A stretch of DNA of 59,505 nucleotides, counting the filler, from Basidiobolus ranarum (taxonomy: Eukaryota), in assembly GCA_040143965.1 (NCBI GenBank). It is 5 parts of 5 records of this genome, joined end to end, with 100 filler letters (N's around TTAATTAATTAA, not from the genome) between each part and the next. Parts side by side here need not be neighbours in the genome. Positions count along the whole stretch, not along the records: positions 35,781 to 47,594 come from JASJQH010000586.1; positions 47,695 to 59,505 come from JASJQH010000587.1; 3 more parts are not named here. One strand, written 5' to 3'. Shown piece after piece: positions 41,491-52,374 of this stretch (its first letter is position 1; every line of letters begins with the position of its first letter). Under the pieces are notes generated by a model. The model worked only from the letters and a program-made list of their open reading frames with translations, made no database searches and was not told the origin of the DNA. The translations under genes were made by a program, and so were the position numbers.

Positions 41491-43126
41491 TCAATTCTAC
41501 AGCAATCCCAGAGATGTAACTATATACAGTATGTCTCTTAATCCATGAATCAAATAATAGCAAATTTGCCTAAACAGGCAGAACTATGTCCCAATTTGAG
41601 TACTAATTGGCAGAGCTTATGCTAAATATTTATCCATAATTGGTTGAGGAAGAATATCAGAGGCTATTGTTCTTATTATGTTTGCCACCCTGCCATGCCC
41701 TGGTCTCATATCTGTATCACAATATGAGTCCAGAATTAATAAAGTAGGATGCATGTCAATTTGCGGGGCAAACTGTTGCTATAAATGACACCTACACTTT
41801 CTATTCTTGAGCACAACTAATACAAATTTAAAATGTTACTCTATTACTTATTTACTACAATACAAGCAGAGGACACTCTGAGTATTTAGGCACGTTTCCT
41901 TCAAATCCTCAACCACAATAGCATGTCAATCCAAACAGCCTTAGAATATTTATTTATGATCGAGGTAAATTTATTGATTCAACTTTTGTCAGACCACTTG
42001 CTTACATTGTCACTGATATAAAAATACAAATATATGAGTACTGGTAGCAAGAATTAGCAGAGCATACTAGATATTTCCCAATCATCCACACCAACCCTGG
42101 GATAGTAGGTTCTATTCCCACAGATCTCATTTATATACATATGATGTTTTGAGATACTCAAAGTAGCACAAGATTAAAGCCATGATTTAATTGTCCTTCA
42201 TGGGCTTGGTATTTTGCCAAAAATGCTCAATACTATCTTATCCAGATGGAGTGATACTCATTCATTGATGCAACTTATATCATTATTAGTTGTACTTATA
42301 GTACGAGATGTTTTTCAAACCAGACTTGCTATATGGGTACATACCCTTGATGCCAGGCTTGTATTACAGATTCTTGAACCAAGATTTCTGATTGCCACTT
42401 TTTAGCTTAGTTGTACATTTCAAACAATCCACCATTCTACAATAAAGAAATACATGTACGACATGCAGTTATTTTTTAGGATGACAGTTAGCGCCCAATA
42501 AAAGAGGGCCCTGGCTTCAAAGACATGATACTCCGAGTCCATGGAACAGTTGCAGTGAGTCAATCAATAGAAATTGCTAATGCTTGTCTCTTAATAGCCA
42601 AATTCGCTACTTCAGCAAGCATACCAGCAACAATACTAATATCAATCTGATTACCGCTTCCTAGCATCAACTCAAATGCCGGTATTCCTTGCTTTATACG
42701 ACCTTACTTTTCATCCCTCGGAAAGCTCAGCTCTGATTCATTTCACTAGTGTATTGTCGCTTACATAATATAATCTGGCAATAAGTTTACCGGGGGAGGC
42801 AGGATTCGAGCAAATATTCTAAATTTGATAGAGCAAATTTACAACTGGTTGCATGTGTATCACAACACCATGGAGGAATAACCAGTGCTACGGTATTTAT
42901 TGATCACATAGCATAAATGTAACATTAGATCCTAATTAATTCAATCCTAAAGTCTATACTTGGCAAACCTCTATCGATTGCATTTTGGCGTTCCACTTCT
43001 TCGGAGAATGAGTAGAATTTTTCAGGTAAACAGAAATTTCTTTTTATAGTTGTATATTTGAAACCAACCACTTCTTGTTGTAGGGTCCAGAGTAGTACTG
43101 GGATACAGAATTAGGATTTCAGGTCA

Positions 43127-43134
43127 TATATAAA
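43127..43134 (+). promoter_or_regulatory. TATA box of the Cys-rich peptide gene
   Basis: TATATAAA starting 44 nt upstream of the ATG at 43171. Confidence 0.5.
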
Positions 43135-43170
43135 CCGGCGATGTTTTCCTAATCATGTCATCCGACAATC

Positions 43171-43362
43171 ATGAAGTTTTCTCCTCTCCGCTTGATATTG
43201 GCTGTCATTACCGTGGCAATTGCTGTTGAGGCGCAGAATCCTTGTAAGGACGCATGCTCTAAAGCTACAAACGCGTGCCTATCCAAATGCCAAAAGGGCC
43301 AATACACCTGTAACTTGGCCTGCATCAGCCATGGAAACGGTTGCCGTGATAAATGCGCTTAG
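43171..43362 (+). CDS. Small secreted cysteine-rich peptide (63 aa, 8 Cys)
   Basis: Signal peptide MKFSPLRLILAVITVAIAVEA, then a 42-aa mature peptide with C-x3-C-x6-C-x3-C-x6-C-x3-C-x6-C-x3-C. Upstream TATA; AATAAA shortly after the stop. Confidence 0.85.
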   Translation: MKFSPLRLILAVITVAIAVEAQNPCKDACSKATNACLSKCQKGQYTCNLACISHGNGCRDKCA

Positions 43363-44399
43363 AGTCATGTTGCTACGTGGTCCAAAATAAATTTCGCCAA
43401 AGAATTGCATACCAAACAAATACTACAAATGTTATATCAGAAGCTGATCGTTTTTCGGTGTTGACTCCTTAGGGTAAAATATGTGCACCAGGATTATCCA
43501 CCGTAAATTAAGGTTCATATACAATTATATAAATTTCATATTAAATGGTGCAATCATAGTCATTTATTAAGTTTCTAGTTGTAATGTAGCATAGTGGGTA
43601 TTTATGAGTAGTCTTGCATTGATGAAGTAGTGTAAATAAAAACAGGAGTTCCACGAGATAGTGAGCTAGAAAACGAAAAGTCAGCACATATTACTCCAAA
43701 TTAATGAGCATATCAATCGTACCATTCCAAGTAGCCTGATACGTTCAGATGCAGAGAAACAACTGAGAATCTCTACGTGAAGCTGTACTATTCCTTTGAG
43801 TACTCTTTGTTGTGCATACTTTTGACATCACCAGATATACTGAGTCTAACCAAATAATACAAAAGTATGATAGTGTTACATCGAACAATACCATGAGATT
43901 GAGCAAAAAAAACACTAATTGTCATAATAGGTCCAGGGAAAAGTACCAGGAAGACTAAGTAGGTTCTCATCTATACTTAAAAGTGATGGAATGCTTTGAC
44001 AACTAGGAAGTTGCATATGATAGGCACCAACAGGATGGGCATCATAAGTAGGAATTCATTCTGAGGTAAATAAATCAAATTTGACCGTATATGAGGATCA
44101 AAGCATGTCTTTTGCCATAGTATAGTTCATCTATTATGGGTACTTCTGGGAAAGATTTCAAATTCCTCTCCTAGTTCAAGTTCCATCTAGCAGTGATACT
44201 TTTCTTTGCACTTGGATTTACTGGACCAGTGATCATGAGTGCTATGTAGACTGGGGAAATATCCATATGACTGAATCCTATACTAATGGTAGCATGACTT
44301 AATCTAATTCTTTGTAGTAAAACTTCAAGGTCACAAGAATTCTCCATAATTCACTAGTCTTTGCATGGATAGAGAGTATTTCCTAGAGTTTTGGCCAAT

Positions 44400-44542
44400 T
44401 ATTTGTTGAAAATGACATAGCTTAAGCAACTATGTAGTAATATAGCTAGCTACTTAAAATTCAATATGTTGTTACTCAACATCTTTACTTGGAAGTTCTC
44501 AGATTATACAGTTTTCTCAAACTTGTCAAAAAGACCCCAAAC
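44400..44542 (-). repeat. Dispersed repeat family, copy 3 (inverted)
   Basis: Reverse complement contains AAGTTTGAGAAAA..TATAATCTGAGAACTTCCAAGTAAA and TAAGCTATGTCATTTTCAACAA, shared with 41338-41490. Confidence 0.65.
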
Positions 44543-44769
44543 TTAGTTTTCCTGTTTCTAAGCTTCCAAAGTGAAGACTAGGGAGAAATTATTGCATTTG
44601 TTGAGAGACACCATGAGGTGAGTGCAAAAGTTTTTCTTGCTGAGACACTCATTAAACCAAGAAAACTCAGTTAGATAAAAGCATTCAGCAAGTGAATGAC
44701 TTTTTCTATCAAAGGTCAATTAGAGAATCATAGTACAAGTGATAATTTGCAATAATCATGCTATTGGAT

Positions 44770-45068
44770 CTGTTGAAATTAGCATGGCCTAAACACCTGT
44801 ATAGCCATATATAGCTTAGTACTTAGTTATCTTATACTTCACTAAGAAATCACCCATTATTCTCAATTGGAATTTACTTAGAAGTTCTCAGATATATAGA
44901 TTTTTTAGACTTGTACTAGAAGCCCCAAGCCTTGCACACATGTTCCTGAGACCTTCCTTAGTACATTCTATGCATTAGTTTTGTTACATCTAGATAAAAG
45001 TATGAATGTTAACTTTGTACTCAATAAATCAGTAAGTGAATACCACCAATTTCTTTAATTCTCCAAAC
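44770..45068 (-). repeat. Dispersed repeat family, copy 4 (inverted, longest visible copy)
   Basis: Matches 35781-35876 closely and 41230-41490 more distantly. Confidence 0.8.
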
Positions 45069-47594
45069 CGCTGTTGATAGCCTCAACATTGCTGATTCTT
45101 TGATATGTACAAAATATGTCCATATTTAACCAAGTAATAACTGACTACAAGATGTTTACTAACTGAGTTGAAATATACTAATAACTAGGCAGCCTTGACA
45201 CAACTTTCGATTCAATAAAACATGCACAAAACATATGCCTTCTAATTGCCCTAAACACTTTCAATTTACCCTAGATACTTCAACCATAGAATGATACAAT
45301 ATTACATTGACATTCGCTATTGGTGGTTAATCCTGGAAACGACTTGCTCATTTGTGGCGAAGAAAGATGGATAGCCTGAGAACTTTAAAAAAACATGAAG
45401 TACAAAAGAGATTTCAACCGCCATTTATAGTATTTGCAGAGGTTTCCGTATATATGTATAGTAGTAAACGATATGAATGATTTGACTCGCTATCGCTCTG
45501 GCTGGGCAGAGAGTTAGTTACAAACTAAGAATTCATTGCTTAGTTGATTAGAATTGTAGGTCGATCTCATGATTTGCAGCAAACGATGATCATCATAAGT
45601 TGATACCAATAAACCAATTGATCTGTTTAAGAATGATCAAATCACTAGTAAGTCGTTTTCGAGTAACCGAACTGAATATATAGAATTGATGCATTTCAAC
45701 CAGCTCGCACAGGTTCTTGGTTTAATATAACCTACTTCTGTGACTTGTTGCGTTGTATCATATTGAATCGTACATATTGGTATGAAAGAGCCTAACCATG
45801 AGAATTATCTCGACTTTACTATTCTTAGTAGTCTTAGAAGCAGGTGTTTGATCTCAACTAGAAAAGCCTTTGTGAACAGTACCGGGAAGTATTTGTTACA
45901 CCTTCCAAATGAAAGTCAGGATTGCCATACATTTTGCTTGATAAGGCTATGACTAATATAGCAGGAGAGAAGCCAATACAAAACTTTACACTAGTTTAGA
46001 ATTTCAATTTTTGGAGTATTTTCAAGATTCCTGGGTTCATTTTTGATCTTTGTATTTTGGCTTTTAATCCTGTAAAAACGTATGGTTCAATCGCGTATTG
46101 ACAATAAAAATCCACCAAAGATTGAATACGGCCCTATATATTCTGTGATTTATTGTTATCCAACAAACCACTCGATTGAGCTCAGAACCATGATGATGCA
46201 AAAAATACAACGGAGCTAGCTGAAAACATCGGAAGAGTGAATTATGATATTTATGTAAACATGATAGTAGAAAATTAAATTGATACTATCTATTTCCAAT
46301 CTCGTTGCGACCACACACATGTTAATATATTGATATCCTTACCCAAAATTACCAATATTTCAAGTCATGGCAAATTAATTGTTGTATAGCAATTGAAGAT
46401 CAGTACCAATTAACTACAAAGAAAATGATGAACCGCAAGAAATATTTTGGATGATTGCTACAATCTACGAGTGGCTCATTAACTGCTCAAGATTTAGTTA
46501 AGTTGTTTGGAATTAATTATAACACAGAGTTTTCAAAGCAAACATCACTCTGTTTCATGTAAGTATATGGACTATTGCAAGTTTACTGACATGATAGCAG
46601 ACTTCTTCTTTAGAAGTTCTGCAGAACTTCAAACAGTATGAATGTAAAGCATTGCTAAGACTAATGGTTAAATATGTGAGATGAATGTTCAAGTTATAAG
46701 AGATCATCTAGCTTATACATGACTGTTGGATTGAGAATAGGAGTATTCATATATATAAATACTTCCCCTTGTACTGTTGCTTCAATAACTACATAATGGA
46801 GAAATTAGTACAGCGTTTTCATGCCATTTGCCAATATATATAGCCCTTTGGTGCATTTTTTGGGAGCTCATGTGTAGCATTGAATTTTAAACTTCCACAT
46901 TGCATTTCTGCACCAACCTTCAATCTTCCCTAACAAAAATAAAATTGATTTGATCTGGATTGGATCCACCCTTCTAAATTGCAAACCCATCAGACAACCA
47001 TCACAATAATGGTGGCTTGCATTCTGCCAAGGATTTTGATGGTGTGATGGCGGTTTCTTGATGGTACTACAACAGTATGAATACATGTTAAAATATTGAT
47101 CCAAATATTTGGCATGCATTATTAATTTCTGGCAATTTTTGCAAATTATAATTTTCAAATGGCAAATTACTGGGTTTACTGCTGTAGGAATTCAAATTAA
47201 TATGCATGCCTTTATTTAGTTATTTTAGGCTTTGTATTCCAGCCATAATGAGAATCAAAAAATACAAGAATCTTGTTGCATATAGTCTCTACATATACAC
47301 ATACTTGACTGATCAGACATAACTCAACAACATCAATATGCTTTACCAGCAAACTAATGGTGGAAAAATTGCTAAACATCTGAAATTTCAAATAGCACTG
47401 ACACTTGGCAAATAGCTGACTCTTGTTACCATTCACAATGAGAATAAGCTCTTGAATTTTGGCAAATTTCCATAAAGAATTCTGCCAATATATCCCCAAC
47501 TTGCAGTCAACAAATGTCCTGCCACAAGTAGATGTGTCATTGCTTGAATAGATTACCCCATGGCTAAAACAATAATACTGCATATCTCCATCTA

Positions 47595-47694
47595 NNNNNN
47601 NNNNNNNNNNNNNNNNNNNNNNNNNNNNNNNNNNNNNNTTAATTAATTAANNNNNNNNNNNNNNNNNNNNNNNNNNNNNNNNNNNNNNNNNNNN
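47595..47694. other. Artificial contig spacer
   Basis: N44-TTAATTAATTAA-N44. Confidence 0.98.
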
Positions 47695-48152
47695 CGGAGA
47701 GTGAGAGCAGGTTTCAATGGTTGGTTTGGCGGGGTGTCATGCTGCCAGAGGGAATGGTTTGATCATTGGAATGGTCCATTCAATAACCGTCGTTTGCTGT
47801 TGAGCGTCCCATTCAATAAATGTTACCTTTACCAATCTACCCATACTACCAGACTAATGATTTGTGGAGAGAAGTAATTCAATTTTTCAATTTTTAATAT
47901 GTATCAACGGGGTTTCATACATTGATTGGTTAACAACAGAGCGAAGGAAAGCAGTAATGGGTGATGTATCCAAAGGTTGAGTCAACAAATCATATCCACC
48001 CACTCTGTTTAGACGCCGATCATTGGCTTGGTAATTAAAGGAACGAAGATCAGCTTAACTCAAACATTTGATAGTTTAAATACGAGCCCAGGATTTCAGC
48101 AATCCCGTTGAAATAATCTCCCACCTTCTCATCTTTCATTTACTTCGTTAAT

Positions 48153-50196
48153 ATGTCTGTGAATGTAGGAACAGTGGGCTCATTAGTGCGTATATTTTAT
48201 TCCAACGTCTCGGTGATTTTTCTAACTTCTCCATTTTACTGAGTTTAGGAGGCGTCCATGGCAGAGACCTTACTATCCATGGGGAAGGTTCAGCCTCCCA
48301 TGTCCGACCAACAGAATCTGTCGCAATCTTTGGCTGTTGATGTCGATGAAGATTCTATAGCTCAGTTGATCGGATCAGGAGTGACTTACGATTTAAATAA
48401 GCCAGAGGTGAGCATTGGCCGTCAGAGTATGGATATTGAAGACAACTCCAAGCAAGACTGCATACTGATCGGAGACAAGAGGGTATCACGAAAGCACGCT
48501 CGTATCGTTTACGATCCCAAGTCGAAGAATTGGAACCTTTGGGTGCATGGCAGAAAAGGGGTTACTGTAAACGGAAAGCTTTATCTTCCCGACAGTCGAC
48601 AGCCAATCCCTCTAAAGCCTGAGTAAATATTACTATGGACTTTTCTGATGTGCCTCTTCCATATAATAACTTTGATTTCAATTAGCTCAAGTATATCAAT
48701 CGTGTGTTACAATTTTCAATTTAAAGCCTCTACTCTCAGAAATACCAAGATCAAAGAATTGAAGGGCCCAACTACACCATTAAAACCATTAGAAATCAGG
48801 AAAGATGTGTATTCAACACTAAGCACCCCGGTTACACCAATTTCCCCTACTAATCCGGCGATGCAGAATAATAGCAAAGAAAAGACACTGTATCGTCCTA
48901 TAGCCATGCGAGATATTATGACTCCAGAGCCATCACAACGTAGGGGCTCTCTCAAGGCCCGACCGGCCATCTACTCGCCTATCACACCACAGTCTCCATT
49001 TAATTCTCAATTATATAATAGGAAGTCAGACAATATATACACCAGCGGGAATAGAAGAATGTCTTGGAGTCCAGTGACGAATGCGAGAGCAACGATTAAC
49101 GGATCCACCGTAAATATCACGCCAACCAGAAACACTTCAATTTTGCCTAAACCTAAAGATTCCACGATCGAAAAGGGCTCTGTTGCAGGCTTTGAACCAA
49201 CCGGGAGATCAAACAACTCTCAAGAAGACGGAAAACCTCCATACTCCTACGCTCACTTAATAGCAGAAGCTATAACCTCTTCAACTAATAAGAGAATGAC
49301 TTTGGCCGGAATTTACGACTACATCTCTTCTCATTATGATTACTTTAGAAACAGCTCAATTGGCTGGCAGGTTAGTCGAAATATAACCAACTGAATCAAA
49401 TTAGTACTAATCGACAAATATGATTTCTTTTCTTTTGATTCAACTCGCATAGAACTCCATTCGACACAATTTGTCGCTAAATAAGGCATTCATGAAAGTG
49501 CCCAAGGGGCCAAATGAGACCGGAAAAGGTATGTTTTGGCAAATCGCATCTGGGTACGAAGAGGCAGTAGATAGTTCTCTTAAGTCGAATTACCGTGGGT
49601 TGAAATCACCAAAAGCCAAAATCAAGCATTGTGGAGGGCAGTCACGAAAATCTAAAATCGATTTAGTCGATTCGCCTACCAAGATAACTCCACTGAAGCC
49701 ACTAGCACCAACAACTCAGACGACACAAAACGATGGAGTAAGCATGTTTGATAAAAAAGCCACTTCCGTGTATAATGGATCTAGACGAGTCTCAATTGGA
49801 TTCCCAGTAGAATCACATTTTTACCTCAAGGATGGGGATCCATTCTGCTCAAGACCTAGAAGCAATAGTACGCCAGATCGCATGAAACGTCTCATACCCA
49901 GATATACGACAACCAATCCTTTAGGACTATTGGATCCTCAAAAGATTATGCAGACAATGCCAGTGCAATATTACGGCCTAAAAATGATGTTCTCTCCACC
50001 CAACATTCCCTACGATCGCATTGTCCACAGAGAGCCAGAAGGTTACAAAAATGAAACTGACATGTATACTTGGCCGAAGCTCGTTCCCGCGAAGAAAATC
50101 AAAAACTCGCATGGCATGGATCCATTGAACACAGGCTCGACGTATTCAACCTCTAATCATGAAGGCTCCAGAAAAGCACGAAATGAGCGTTCTTGA
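48153..50196 (+). CDS. FHA + forkhead transcription factor (Fkh1/Fkh2/FOXK-like); exons 48153-48164, 48249-48622, 48686-49370, 49453-50196
   Basis: [21 protein letters not shown]. Forkhead: [50 protein letters not shown]. Many S/T-P sites. All three introns keep frame. The first micro-exon is tentative. Confidence 0.92.
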
Positions 50197-51290
50197 TTGT
50201 AGCTATCCGTCATCATATAATCGGAAATTTTGTGGCTGCACAACCTTTTTGATTTTGTTAAATAATTTTGTTATTATCCACCTTTATGCCAGAAGAACCC
50301 TGAAGGTTGTTGAATGGGAGACCGCCAAAGTAGTAGTCTCTTGTACAGGAATCAAATCGTAGAAAACTTAAGGAATTGAATCTTCATACCTTTTAATACA
50401 ATCCATATCTGAGGTACTTATCAACAATCTTCCCATGGTCAACAACCTCTATTTGCTAGTACCCGTGTACAAATGCTGTAAATTTCTCCCGAAATATAAC
50501 TATGGTTTATCCACGATAGAACTCCATTATGGCGCTAACGTTTAGAACCGTATTGTGAGACCAAGAATAAGTCCTCCACTCATCGACACAATCCAGCAAA
50601 AATGGTTTCCTGAAATTACCTCATATCCATGAAATCACTTTCTAGTGGCAGTATGGTTATTCGTTGGACTGAAGCTTGGTAGTAGGGTAAAGCTGGCGAC
50701 TATGATACCACAATAGAACGAGGCCAACCTAACCATAGTTATAATCCATCTTTTGTTCCTCCAATGGATGATGATTAAGTTACACTTTGAATAATAAAAT
50801 TATAACTGTGATATTTGGCTATTTTGAATTTGATTCAATGTGTACTAACCCCACAAACCAAGCTGCCTCTACATTCAATTGCTCGCACGTGATCCGTGAA
50901 GATCAGCCCGTTCACAATCAAGATATAGCCAGATAGAAAATAGACTAGGTTGGCGGAATAGCTGGGCTGTGAGATGGGTGAAAAAATCACAAACTAGATA
51001 TTTATTCAGCATAATGATTGTGGATCATTTCAGCATTCTACATTCCTATAGCAAAAGCAGTGAAAAGAAGGTCAAGTACAAGATAAGACAAAACACGATA
51101 TAGTAAACTGTATGTCTAAATTGATGATGGATAGAATTATATTATCAAAGGGGATAACTATACATATATATTAAGACAGATATATGGTATGTATGGTACA
51201 TAGGTTCAAAATAGACAAAAAGTAGAGTGAAGAGAGCCTGGGTTAAAGAGTGAAAGTCAGTTAGAGTTATGGAAGTTGGTGGGTTAAGAT

Positions 51291-51554
51291 TTAAGTCGCA
51301 ATTCTTTCGAATCTCTCTTCATCTTCATAATGATGAGGGAAAGAGATATAATCTGAGGCAAACAGATCTCCGTAAGATTTACGGCGAATCGGGGGACTTC
51401 GTAGTATGTCTGCGACAGAAAACGGATTCCAAGACTCTTTTGGTACCAAAGTAGCCTGAACATTCACCGTTGTGGTATGGTTGGTAGAATGATGAGATTT
51501 TAATGGCATTTTCTTTTGTACTTTCTGTTGTGGTTCAATTTGATAATAGGCCAT
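51291..51554 (-). CDS. Putative 87-aa disordered microprotein with eh1-like FSVADIL motif
   Basis: ATG at 51554 (the ORF-track start at 51557 is a TTG), TATAAAAA about 110 nt upstream (51664-51671, minus strand). No recognisable domain. Confidence 0.45.
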   Translation of the reverse strand: MAYYQIEPQQKVQKKMPLKSHHSTNHTTTVNVQATLVPKESWNPFSVADILRSPPIRRKSYGDLFASDYISFPHHYEDEERFERIAT

Positions 51555-52374
51555 CAACTGCAGTTGAATTTATTGTTCTTTAAGGAAGGGAGGGTTACAA
51601 AGTTAAGGTTAAGTTGGGTAATTGAGTGTATATTTAATGAGAGTCTATCGAATCCATCTGGCCTTTTTATACTTGGAATGTACCCATAATATTTCTCCAC
51701 GAATACCACATTCATGCGAAGTCTAATGCAATGTCATCTTTTCATCCACGTGGTGATTTCTCCATCATTAGCAGACATTTAGATGTGCCATTGTTAAATA
51801 ATGAATCCTTAAATCTCTCAAGCATAAGAGTTGCTGACCTTGAACAGGATGTGAGATCGCTAAAAATAGTGCTTTGTAATACGCTACACTGTTTGTCTGC
51901 AATTCATTCAACGATTATAGGATGTAGTTGCTTGCTATCCCCTCCAATTTCATTGTTCATTTATTTTATAGCACGGCTTATCCTTAATTAGCGGCATCCT
52001 GCAAACCAGGGAACTTCGCAGACGCTTCCTCATCAAGCTTATCTGCTTATCTGATCATTAGTTCTGATTTTACCATGTAGTTTGGCTGCCTTGCAATTGT
52101 ATTTATTCCAAACTCTGGTCGACTCTAGCAATGTCACAAGTACTTACAGTACGGAGGTGGTTTCACACTGCAATCACGTAGAACATACGTTTTCAAGGAT
52201 ACACTTTCGAATCATGTGGCCAATGTATTGGTCAAAACTGTGATGGCCAAATCAATGATCAGATGCATCAACCTGGGTCTATTCAATATTGTTCTGTATT
52301 GGTATTTATATCATTAAAAATCACTGCTCGAATCTAAGAAATATGCAATGTACAAAAGAAGATGGGGTTGTATA

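Noticed and set aside
23866-43362. NRPS + oxidase + HET-like + Cys-peptide as one defence or biosynthetic island
   Set aside because: An artificial spacer at 35681-35780 separates the two pairs, so linkage is unsupported.
45280-45432. Minus-strand TATA plus short ORF MSKSFPGLTTNSECQC..., a possible metallothionein-like start
   Set aside because: Stops after 23 codons and no convincing Cys-rich second exon was found.
50159-50780. Coding-like sequence downstream of the forkhead stop codon
   Set aside because: Multiple stops in each frame I read and no recognisable family; could be UTR or a decayed gene.
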